Assembly (NCBI GenBank): GCA_051294375.1
Contig: CM119266.1
Span: forward strand, 23,260,413 to 23,324,174
Length of the DNA: 63,762 nucleotides
Source of the DNA: Paraspadella gotoi
Taxonomy: Eukaryota > Animalia > Chaetognatha
Reading direction: 5' to 3'
The notes below the pieces were generated by a model. The model was not told the DNA's origin. It worked only from the letters and a program-made list of their open reading frames with translations, and made no database searches. Shown here one piece after another: positions 51,913 through 63,762 of this stretch (positions within the stretch are counted from its first letter, which is position 1; each line of letters begins with the position of its first letter). The position numbers were made by a program, and so were the translations under genes.

Positions 51913-54900
51913 CAGGTCCGTTATATGATAAAAAATTCAGAGAATGAGAGGGACACCAACGTAAGCCAGGCTTAGAAGACCCCCTTCTTTTCTCTTTTTC
52001 TTATTCGTCATTGTTCTCTTTATTGTTTTTCTAAAAATTCCTGTTTTTGTTTTCAGCTTCAGGTTATTTTTTTTCCCAATTTTTTTCATTTATCCTTTTT
52101 TTCGCTTTCTTTCTTTCTTTCTTTTCCTTCTTTCTTTATTTCTTTTCTTTCTTTCTTTTTTCATTTTTATATTTATCGATTTGTTTGCCATGTTCCTACT
52201 TTCCTTTTTTATCATCTTCTTTATTTCCTTCTCCTTCTACTTTTTCTTTTCCTTTTCTTTTCATGATTCTCCCTTTTTTTTTTTCGACATATTTCTTTTT
52301 CTTGACCTCGGTCTTGTTTTTTCACGTCGCCCTCCCCCTTCCCTCTCCCGCAGTTCAAAGTCATCGCCTTCCACTTTTTTTTTTCTTCAAAAAAATGCAA
52401 ATCAATTCCTGCAGCAAAAAAGGAGAGCGATTTTTCACTGAGCGATTAGTCGACGGGAAAATGAGGAAAAAATCGTTTCTCTCTCGCCTTTCGCTGCTCT
52501 TTTGATATCAGTTCGCCGTCGTCGTTCGTCTCGTTTGTCGTCTGGACGTCGTAGGTCGTCGCGGCGGCGGCGTGCTGCTCTACCAGTTTGTTTCTTTTTT
52601 TTTCAGTATTTATTTAATATCCCTCCTATTATTATTGGATGTTACAAAAATAAAATAAAGTTCTCTATCTAGTGCATTAGTGTTCTCTTGTCCTTTAATG
52701 AAATGTGTATTCAAAATAAGTCCTGGTATCCGCAGGCCATAAAACCACTCGTTCAACTAGTATCCCGCTTTGCGTCCTCCAAATCCGTCAGTCAGTGGTG
52801 CCTATAAAGTGAATCTCAAAGTCGGTCGTTAGTTAAGTAAATAAAGGGAATAAATTTTATCTTGGTGTACCATTTCATATATTTTATAAAATTTACCGCC
52901 TTTAGCAAAATAAAGATTCTATAATAGAACATTTAAAATTTAAATCCACTTATTTAGTTACTACTACTTTTATATACTTATCCACCGATAGAATTCGATA
53001 AAGACGGCGCTATAGTTAATAACAAAAAGGAATTCGAAAAGCTTTTGGAAAAAGAAAAAAACATTTTAATTTCGCAGCGAAAAAAATTCACTTTTGATCC
53101 AGATTTCAAATCCCTGAATGCATTTAAAAATCCATCCACGAATAATAAATAATAATAAAAGCTCGCCCTTTGTTCCATTTTACTCGCAATTCGCGTCTTC
53201 CGGCGAGACCAATCCCTATAGTCGCCCGTGCCCTCTGCCGAGACAGACGCAGCGAATATAAAGAATTAAGAAAAATCCGAACAACTAAGAACTATGGTGT
53301 ATACTGTGTGACCCCGGCAAAAAGACGAGAATATAATAATATGAAAAGATAACACTACACGCGAAATGATAATAAGATTTTAATGAATGCTGTGAGCAAA
53401 ATTATCAGATTCTTCCCAACCTTTCCTTTATAGTCACCGATCCACCACCCTCTGATAAAACTCGTCCAAACTGTTTCCATTGGTTTATTCCAGCGACACG
53501 AATCGTTTGAAGAATCCGCTACTTTTTGTTCCTCTTTACTCATTAGGTCCAACTCTAACCCTTATCTCTTTTTCTCTTAAAGTTTTCCTCTCGTACTCTT
53601 ATTTCTCTTATGGATCCTCTTTTAAATTCTAATTTTAAATTCTCTTTTCTCCCACCTCCTTTTCGAAATATTTCTCACTAATTCCTACTTATTCCTAATA
53701 ATGATATTCAATCTCCTATTCTGGGTTTCTCTTTTTCTATTTTTAACCTATCTCTGCCATTAATGTCCAATTCACCACTTGTAAATATCACACATAATTA
53801 AACTTGGCCCTATCTGAGTACTCCAACTTTTTTTTTTCGTTTTGACCTTCGTGAGCATCGTAAATTTTCGGCCCGAGGAACCAGACATCATAGGCAGCTT
53901 TAAACGAGCCACAACATTCACCTCGGGATTATAATAGAAGAAACCAAAAGTACCTCCCCACTCATGTACAGAAAAACTAAACATAAGACAAAAAACCTAG
54001 CCTCCCCTCCCCTTTCCGGTCCCCACGTCCTCTGCTTGACTTCTCGCCGTTTATTGAACTCGGCTTTATCTCACCCCTATGAGCTCCTCTGCATCTCTTC
54101 TCTCCCCGCCCCATATTCTCCTTGATCCGCCGTAAATTTGTCTCTTCGATGAACAGAGTTATGGAGAGGATTTCCGTATCGCTACACGCAGCGAAGTACG
54201 AAAGAGAGCATTGAGATGAATTAGCAATTGGCGACCCTGAATAACAAAGTTTGCTGAGCAATCTCTAATGTTTTAAGAAGCGCCGGCAAACTGGAAAGGA
54301 GGAAGAGAAAAAAAATTGGGCCTCTCTCTCTCTCTCCTCTCCTCTCTCCTTCTCCCCTCGTCTCCCCGTTCCTATACTCTCCTCCACTATCCCCACCTCT
54401 CGTCGGCTCCAAACGCTCCATCCTCCTCTCCCTCCAATTCGCGCCGAACTCATCGAAATGAGTACGAGAGACGATTGTATGCAAACCGGACTGACACTAA
54501 ATGGAGACGAGAGAGATGTAAAAAAGGCTGAGTAGTAACGAGGAGACGCAGAAATTCCAGATGCATGACCTGAAGTATTAAGAGATAGTTAGATATATGA
54601 AAGCACGACCGGAAAGATAAAATTTCCATTCAGAAGAAGAAAAAATTAATCAAAGAGAGAGAGAGAAAGAGGAAAGAGCAGAAGAGTAGAATAACCAAAA
54701 GAGAGTCAAAATTTATAAGATTCTAGGCGGTAGGGAAAGCCATTGACTTGCGCGCTTGATAAATCGTTCTGATGCGACCACAACCAATTATGATCGATAG
54801 GTTTTATATACTATGCCTTAACAAAAGAGCCCTGATGCGCCGATGGTTTGGTGTGAACGACGGATAATGCAGAGGAGATTGAGAAAGACGCCAATTAACA

Positions 54901-57900
54901 AACCAAGTAGGGAGTTGATAAACGGTAAGAACGAATAGGGGATAATAACGGAATAAGGCGTGTGCTATTTCGAGACGGAGTGTGGAGAAAATAGAACGAT
55001 GTGGCTAGAGGGGCGTAGTAAGACGTGTGCAGTCGGTTATGAATGGTATGGGTGGAGTAGATGAACAATGAGTGTAGTGATTGTGAACGATTAATTGTTC
55101 CTTTTTTTGGCGCGTATGGCATATGTAATAATAAATTTAAATCTTTTTTGCAGTGATAAGAGAGATCGAGAGCTATTGTGAAAGTTGTATGTAAATATTC
55201 CTTATAAAAATAACTCGTGGGTTAAATTTCAAATATTTTTATTTTTCACGTTTAAATTTATCCTATTAGATAAATTTATGATTATTTTTAATAACGGAGG
55301 ATTCCTGTGGAGTTCGCCACTAATAGGAAATTGAGAAACTTTTATAAGTATGTATAGGTGAGTGGATATTTTATTATATTTGTACACAAAACAAAACGTC
55401 TTTTAAATATTTACCTATAGTGTTAACTCATTACAGGGGAGGATAAAAGCCTTCTCGTGTTTTAGAATGCTGAAGGAGGTGATCTATGAACTTTTTGATA
55501 ACAGTGTTTTTTTTACGTTTTAAATTTTAAACTTTTTATTGAAGGAATCTGAATATTTTATTAACCAGTTTATTAATAAAATTATTAATAAGGAATTATT
55601 TTTTAGAAATTTACTATATTACATATCCAGAATATTACTTACAAAATAGTGTATTATGAGGTGTTTACTATTTTGTGCTCCTCCCTGTCGAAGGACAAGG
55701 GATGAACAAAATATTTATGGGTACTAGTTAATCATACTATCTCACTTCTAAATATTCCTTGTTTCGCATCACTCAAATAAATTTTGGTCTTTTCCGGAAG
55801 TGCTTCCACTCTAGCTGTATATAGAGGGGACTAAGAGGGTGTGGTGAATGGTGTGAAAGATTAGGAAGAAATGATTAGCGAGGCAGTCGGAGAAAAACAA
55901 GCGCGAATTTTCGGAACGACATGATGAGACGTTTAAAAAGTAAGAAAGCTAATAAGTTAACTTATGGAAGCAATTAAAAGGAAAAAAATTACTTCAGTTG
56001 GTGCGAAGAATGGCCTTAGTAACGGTATGAGTAGCCCGAACAACCGACCGTTTTCGGTTGTTGAACCAACTACATGTTTAATACGCTGGCTCAGAGCCGG
56101 CGCTTAAACTAAAACTCTGAGTGGGTGAGAATAATTATACTACGGAGAAGAAGAAGGATTGTATAAAAAATGAATTAGTTTAGTATATATTATTGGGTAT
56201 TTTTATGTGTGGTGATAACAGAGAGGAAGAAGTATGATAAAGATGGTAAGCGCGTAGTAATAAATTGGCCTGTATGATCTTGAAGTATTCTAACCGCTTC
56301 GAAGAAGTCGCCGCCCATAAACGCAGGTGAATCCACGAAGCGAAACAACCAGATCTTATTCAACGGACAATGACCGAATTAACGCGCAATTCGAACGAAC
56401 GACGTAGGGCGAAACGGAGCTAGGACAGCACGAGACAAGAGCTCTCGCCCGTGAGATTAGGAATATGATCTGATGGGGTGTGAACTGAAGTGATTAGAAA
56501 AAATATGTAAATTCTTATATCAAAGGACATGTATAGGGAGTTTCCCTGCGTCTAAACATTTAAATTGTTGTTATATCTTATTTTTTTTTCTATTTTATTA
56601 TTGGTCTTTGCTTCTAAATACAAAATTAGGGTAGCTTCAGGTAGTTTTGTATGGTTAAGACTATTCAAATTAATTCATAAGTTTATATAATGTGTTTTAA
56701 TTTTTGACGAAAAAACGTTATCTGCCAAATTATTCCGAACTTATTAAAATTTGATCCATCTGAGTTATTTCAGAAAAAATTGAAAACCAAAATTAAATTT
56801 ATAGAAAAATATGAAATTATTATTCTCGATCTCTCTAAAAACAATTAAAACTAATAAAACATTAAATTTGTACATATTTTTTTATTACCCCTACTTTAAA
56901 ATTCGATTTTTTAGGAAAAGATGCGATTTAAATAAATAAATAAATTAAAATATATATTAGAATCAAATAGTTTAACAAAAATAAAATAATAAATAAAAAT
57001 ATGCAATTATCAAAATGAAGAAGTTATATGTATCACGCTTACACTTCTGAATTCACCTCTCTGTTGGCATATAAAGACAAATACAATCATATTCAACATT
57101 CCCATTAACCTCAAAAACCCAGATCAATACACGGTCTCGTCGTGCTGAATATCACGTCTTTAGAATTTCTCATCTCAACTTTCACTGCCAATCTCCACGT
57201 TCTATACCCTACCTCAGCTTAGAAAATCTCACCGGTACTCCGTATCGCTTGATTACCCTTCGCCATAATGCGCAAGCGCTGATTTAAATTCCTGAACATT
57301 GTATTGAACGAATTTTCTCTCGGGTTCGATGACGTCTGTTCGTCCGTGGCGTCGTTTCTCCGCTCGCCGTCGCTGTTACCTGTTCGACGTCCGTGTGTAG
57401 AGCCTCAGGCGTCAGTCGCGTCTCGCGCCCGCCGCTCCGCCGCTCGTCCGGAAAGTCGGACGAAAGGAGCTTTCCCTTGCCGCGCAACGGTTGGCTGTTG
57501 GAGGAGGAGGTCATCCGGAGGAGGAGGAAGGCGTCGAGGAAGAGGTTCGATGGGAGAGATGCTGCTAAGATCGTAAGGTATTTCTTCTGGGAAGGCAGTT
57601 TGCTATGCCAAAGAGGGAAGATGACGAGTTGTTTGTTGTTAGTGAGGCTCGTCGTCAGGGGCTGGATTCGCCTCCGAGTTGGAGGAGGACGAGGAGGCGT
57701 CGAAGACGACGACGACACCGAGGAAGAGGAGAGGAGCTGCTTCCTCGTTTACCTCTTCTCTCTGCTCTGCTTCGTTGTTCTGCTCTTCGTCGTCCCTCCT
57801 CACCTCGTCTCCCTCTCCTCTCCTCCTCTCTCCTTTTGTCTGCTCGTGTTTCTCTGTATCCTGCGTGAACTGATTGGTGTATCTTATGGTTGATGATATG

Positions 57901-60900
57901 AGCTGGCTCACGAAGTAGCACGGCATCACAGTTAAATCTGCCTGATCGTCGTGCGGAAAGAAGAATACCCGACACAGAGGCGGACGGCTCCGGAAGTTCG
58001 CTCTCAGCCCGTCGCCCTGTCGTCCTCGCAGGCCTACAACGTATCGTGACTCGCGCATAGACAGACCGGGAATCATCCTCTCTCCGCTGCCGTTGTTCCT
58101 AGTGGTCCGTCGAGGATCCGAACCCGGCTGGGTACGGCTCGCTTCAAGTTGTCTAACGGTTCATGTGGTCCTGTAGTGATAAAGAAATAGAGCGAAGCGG
58201 CTAATCGAGTACGCACACAAAAAATCTTTCTATTGTTTATGTCTCTAGCCACTGCTCGGCATACGCGCTGATTTGTGCAGAGCCTGCGCGAGGCTGCGAT
58301 TTATTTAGTTGTTTTGGTTTTGAATCTTACATAAAATTTAACGTATAAGCTTATGCGTAAAGATAGAGCACAGAGGGTGATGCAAGGAGTGAAAATAGGA
58401 TGCACTCTTTCCCTCAGCTTTTCCTCCTCTTTTTGGGTGGAGAAAGCTGATCTTTGTGCACTTTCGGATGTGCCATCAAGTAAGGAATTGTTTGCTTGCT
58501 AATGTCTCGTGGCCTCGCGTCTCTCGTATCGGAGTGAGACGCGTGTAGGGACTCTTCTCTTCTCTCCTTCTCTCCCTCCTCCCTTCTCTATGCGTCTCTG
58601 CTACCTCTCGTGCTCTATCTCATGCACCAGTCCTCCGGTGGTCACAGTGTTCCTCGTCTATGGTTACCTATTTCTCCTCTCTTAACTACATGGTTCTTTC
58701 TACAATTATTACATAACTTAATTAAAATTCATAATGTGCTTCTCGGTCCTCTTCTCTGAGTGTCTATGCTTCCTTTATCTCCTTATAACGTACTTCTTCA
58801 TGTCTGAACTGAGATCGTGGAAAATATATGATTTGGTCTTACTACTCGGTAGTATTATTCAAGTGATTTCATACTAAAATCTGGACCTACTTGAAGTATA
58901 AACTGGTTTCTTTATTTTTCTATATCTTTCTTTCTTTTATCTGTAATCATAAATTAGCATAAATTGTAGTACATGAATTACTAAACATGTATGTGCAATG
59001 TCTACCTGTAATAGGAGTTTAAGTCGCATTATGGAGGCCGCTAACACTTTGAGTAAGCGCCGGCATAACGCGGTGTCGATCGGTGTGAGAGACAAAGAAT
59101 GAAGCGAGTCTTTGACTTGAATTGAAGATCGGCCGCCGATATAACCAAAAACCCATTATCGTAATCTGTTCTCGGCCTTTTCTTGAGAGGGAACATGATT
59201 CGCGCAGACTCAATACCATCGCTGAGGGACATACGTCGAGCTCATCTGTACTGCGTTAAACGAACACGTGCCATCCTAAACTTGTTACACATCTCGTCCG
59301 TATGATGTTGCATGTTGCTCCGCTGTCCATAGTACTCTGAACAACCAGAGTGATTTATGTATTGATGATGGCTCTGGACTGGTTGTTGAGTAGAGAAATA
59401 AGGCCACGTGCGCGACCATCAGTCGGAACCGACAGAAGCAAAAGATGGAGATGGAGAGGCAGAGACGGGCAAGAGAGATGCGAGGCGAGACGGAGGCGTG
59501 AGAGGCGGCGACAGAGAAGTTGGAGTGGAGACGGGACGTGGTGAGAAGCCGCTTGATGAAGGCGGGAGAGAGACAGAGGCGCATGCTGCTTCTGGAGCGT
59601 CGGGATGGCGGTGCGGAAGCAAGAGAATGAAAAATTGGAAGGGACCAAGATGAAAGTGACGTAGGTCTCCTCGATTATCTGCTCGTCTGACCGCGCGCTG
59701 CGTTGGATCATCGCATGCCGCGGCTGCGAGCTGCTGGGCCTGTGGCCATCCGCTCGCTGAAGAACACTCGCCCGTAGCCAACGTGGTGTACACTCGATGC
59801 ACTGAGGAGGAGAGGAGGAGATGTCAGAGGAAGGGAAAGAGGATGGAAAGAGGTGATGTGACAAAAAATAAAAAAGAGGAGGAAGGAAAAAATGAACGGA
59901 TAATNNNNNNNNNNNNNNNNNNNNNNNNNCTCTCGCTCTCCCCGTGTGTGTGTGCTTCTGCTTCATGTCACTTTTTTTTACCTCCGTGACCGGAATCCTC
60001 GTAGGATAATTTTTTTAAATATTGGGATCATCTAAAAAAGTACACAGTAGTCCATTATTTGCGAGGAGTAGAACCGAATTACGTAATTTCAATAATGTAC
60101 TAATAAAAGGGAAAAGTATGTATATTTTTGTTACATTACTAAATAACTAATTAGAAAAATTCCTGTTTGTTTCTCTGCCCAGAATCGACCGGTATAACCC
60201 CCGGGGGCACCTAAAACCCTTTACAACGTCGCTGCTTTTGATCTCAGGGCCCAGATTTATTTTTTCAAAAAAGAAAAAAAAAGAAAAAAAAAAGAAAACC
60301 GATTCAGAGTCGACGAGTTTTTTGGAGGAAACGAAGCGGAGGAGACAAATGATCAAATTCGATTCAGNNNNNNNNNNGAGAGAGGAATGAAAAATGATTT
60401 GATGGAACGAAAGAACAATGTTTTCCGTACAAAAGGAGGAAAAAGCGGGAAAAGAGTTGACATTTTTTATAATTTCTTTTTCATAAAACTTTTAAATTAT
60501 ATGTAAATTCATAAACAAAAAACAACTAAATAAATCGACCCGTTGCGAAAACAAATATAAAACAATTTTTTTTTTACATCCCTAATTTTAGTTAACAAAG
60601 ACGACAATAATTAAGAATAACAAAAGTAAAGAGGGACCAAGACTAAAACGACGAGACTTCCGGTCTTCGACTCAGAACCTGAAACTCTAAAGGGTTTGAA
60701 GCGAGGGACGGAACTGGACGGGTCTTTGGCTCTTTGATCTCTTCGGACAAATCCGCGATTAATGATTCTTTGATTCGACCATTATTGATTTCAGCCAGGA
60801 GGAGGAAGCNNNNNNNNNNNNNNNNNNNNNNNNNNNNNNNNNNNNNNNNNNNNNNNNNNNNNNNNNNNNNNNNNNNNNNNNNNNNNNNNNNNNNNNNNNN

Positions 60901-61085
60901 NNNNNNNNNNNNNNNNNNNNAGAGAGAGAGAGAGAGAGAGAGAGAGAGTAAAGCAGCTGTTGAACAGAGAAAAGTTTACGACTTTATTAGACTCCCTCCT
61001 TTGAGAATTAATGATGGAAACACTGAAAAAAAAACAGTCGGACTGGAAACGGGGAAAATGAATAATGGAAGGAAACGCTACGGAG

Positions 61086-61150
61086 ACGACGACGATGATA
61101 ACGACGACGATGATAACGACGACGATGATAACGACGACGATGATAACGAT
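61086..61150. repeat. 15-bp tandem repeat (gacgacgatgataac)n
   Basis: Directly visible. Confidence 0.85.
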
Positions 61151-62863
61151 TAGGATTTAAGATATTTCTTCGAATGGAGGAAGGGAAAGTGTTTTAATTT
61201 TTTTATTTTTTAACTTTAAATATTTTTTATGTAAGGTGGAATTGTTTTTATTCATTACAACAAATAATAATTCACTGAATTCACTTTTTTGTTATTAGAC
61301 TAAAAAATAATTATCACATGAAAATAACACATCTTAATAATGTTTTAAATAATCATGTAAGTCTTCGATGGTTAACAACTTTACCAACGATTGTGAAAGG
61401 TTTCCTCACCAAAACGCTCATCCTCAAGGAACAAAAAACAAAAAAATAAAACATTTTTCTTTCCCTCAAGAAAAAAAACAAAAAAAACAAACAATACTTC
61501 TCACCTTTGAGATAAACGAGTTGGACCCGAACGGACTTCACCCGAAAGGCTTTGACCCACGCCTCACCCCAAAGCCCCCTCCAACCCCCCCTCTAGGTCC
61601 CCCCTTCCCCCTCCAGGCCCCTCCTCGACTCCCAGCCAAAACTCCCCGGAGTCCGGATCCAGAACAAACCCCCGCCAGCCGAGACAATACTCTCTGGATT
61701 CGGCAGCACCTCCGCCCCCTCCCTGCGCCCGACCCAACGCCGACCTCAGCCACGCCCTTCCCTCGTTTACAATCCCTCGTCGAAGCCGGCTTTTTATTTT
61801 TCTTGTTGTTGTTGTTGTTTTTGTTGTTATTGTTGTTGTTGAGTGTTTCAAGAATGGCGAGCAGGATCTTTAGATTAACCAAGTGGTGCCATATGTACAG
61901 TTACTAGAAAAATTTAATNNNNNNNNNNNNNNNNNNNNNNNNNNNNNNNNNNNNNNNNNNNNNNNNNNNNNNNNNNNNNNNNNNNNNNNNNNNNNNNNNN
62001 NNNNNNNNNNNNNNNNNNNNNNNNNNNNNNNNNNNNNNNNNNNNNNNNNNNNNNNNNNNNNNNNNNNNNNNNNNNNNNNNNNNNNNNNNNNNNNNNNNNN
62101 NNNNNNNNNNNNNNNNNNNNNNNNNNNNNNNNNNNNNNNNNNNNNNNNNNNNNNNNNNNNNNNNNNNNNNNNNNNNNACGACGACGATAAGACGACCGGT
62201 TTGGAATAAGAAAAAATCGGCCTTGAGCAGGGAGAGAGGAATAGTGGTCGGGATCGAGGAGAAATCGAAAAGACGATTCGTAAGAGAGGAAGAAATGTCT
62301 TCATTATTGAGATATACTACATATAGTTACTTAAAACTAATGTTAAATTTTATTTAGTCAAGTGATCAAGTCGGTTTGCAAGGAACAAAAATGGACAATG
62401 GGCATCGTGAAATTGACAAATTGATAAACAATTTTAAAACAATGTACCAAGTGTATGTATTTAATTTATTTTTAATTGGAGAACGAAACAAAACCCCCAA
62501 AAAACCCAGAAATGGCAGATCCAAAAGCTGGAGGCGAAGATGGTGCCACAGCTGCTCTCGAAATCGAGGCACGAGAGAAAAGAGTCGAGGTAATGACCCC
62601 TACGTTCCATCACCCATAAGGGCTCACCGAAGGCACCTCGCGCCCTGCCCTCGAAAAAAGGGCGGTTCCCTACCGTCGTAGACTTTCCATTATTAGGGAC
62701 CCAAACAGAGAAAGAGAGAGAGAGAATGAGAGAGAGAGAGACGATCCCGAGAGACAAAAACAAAGAGAAAGTCCGCATTAATGTCCGACTTAATGGAATT
62801 TTTTTTCCCGCCGACGACGAGACGGAAAAAAAAATATAGGGAGAATATATGTACGTGAATCGA

Positions 62864-63027
62864 TAATGTTTTGTCGGTCGCTCAATGTTTTGTCGGTCGC
62901 TCAATGTTTTGTCGGTCGTTAATTGTTTTGTCGGTCGTTCATTGTTTTGTCGATCGCTCAATGTTTTGTCGGTCGCTCAGTGTTTTGTCGGTCGCTCAAT
63001 GTTTTGTCGGTCGCTCAATGTTTGTCG
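62864..63027. repeat. 19-bp minisatellite (tgttttgtcggtcgctcaa) x ~8
   Basis: Directly visible; explains three spurious ORFs. Confidence 0.92.
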
Positions 63028-63762
63028 ATTTCGTCTGGTATGTTGCGTCAGTTGGCGAATGTTTTGAGGATTGATGAAGGATCGGGTTTCGCAAAAACCG
63101 TTTTGTCTCTGGATTCTTGTTTTGTCTCACGAAAAAAAAAATGTCACGTTGAATGAAAAAATCATGAAGAGAACATAATTTTTTTTTTTCAATTAGGTCG
63201 TCAATCGGATCGATTCGCTGGCAAAGTCAAGTCCTCGCCGTCTTGTTACTATTTTTAGTTTCGCCGCGAGGTGGAAATCGCGGAGGAACTCTTTTAAGTC
63301 ACTTTTCGGTCGGTCGGTGGCTCGGTCGGTTTCTCGGTCGGTCGGTTCGTCCGTAAGTCTCTATGTCCGTCTGCCTGTTTCAGTTTTGTTTGAAGAGCTC
63401 ATACTAACTTAGGTAATACTGAATAATTTTGAATAATACGTGCCAGTAAGGTGATGTATCATGAGATTAATAATGTGCGTATGTTTTATACTGGTGTCGT
63501 CACGTTAACTTGTTAAAATGCGTGCACTTAAGAAAGTCACCTGGTTCTCGTAAATAGTATAGATTTGGAGCCCAATGACACATTAAATGAATTTCAATAT
63601 ACGTTCGCTTCCGTTGGAATTCGCTTCTCCACGATACTTTAATTATTCGTTGTTTACATTTTTATTTTCATTCTCTGCCCACTTTCCCATACCGCTAATG
63701 GAGGAAGGAGGAGGCTTATGTAAACGGCTAATTTCTAGCCACGTCCCTTTCTCTCTCTCTCT

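Noticed and set aside
62864-63027. CRISPR-like repeat array
   Set aside because: Head-to-tail minisatellite without spacers in eukaryotic DNA; the same applies to the 1.5-kb and 28.4-kb arrays.

Overview
Eukaryotic (invertebrate animal) genomic DNA with N-gaps; the organism cannot be identified from the sequence. The left half (1-30 kb) is AT-rich and dense in transposons. It holds a spliced, highly divergent CNBD-family (CNG/HCN/KCNH-like) ion-channel gene and a tandem pair of TMEM121/CECR6/TMEM26-like membrane-protein genes, all on the + strand. The right half (30-64 kb) is transposon-poor and rich in (GA)n and (GAC)n repeats. It surrounds a Hox5/Scr-class homeobox gene on the - strand whose homeobox is split by an intron; no other homeobox and no miR-10 were seen. 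Main discovery: four diverged families (A-D) of tiny non-coding LTR retroelements (TRIM-like, PBS starting TGGTGAGCCC and resembling the tRNA-Trp complement, 4-bp TSD where intact). Their LTRs carry a tRNA-like Pol III promoter immediately followed by a circularly permuted (P5-type) twister self-cleaving ribozyme whose stems and pseudoknot covary between families. This looks like a twister-based LTR 'retrozyme' that could release ~420-455-nt monomer or circular RNAs. Also present: a Penelope GIY-YIG fragment ending at a minimal hammerhead, MITEs with 7- and 8-bp TSDs, and a four-layer nested insertion. All calls were made by eye; no database search or folding program was run.
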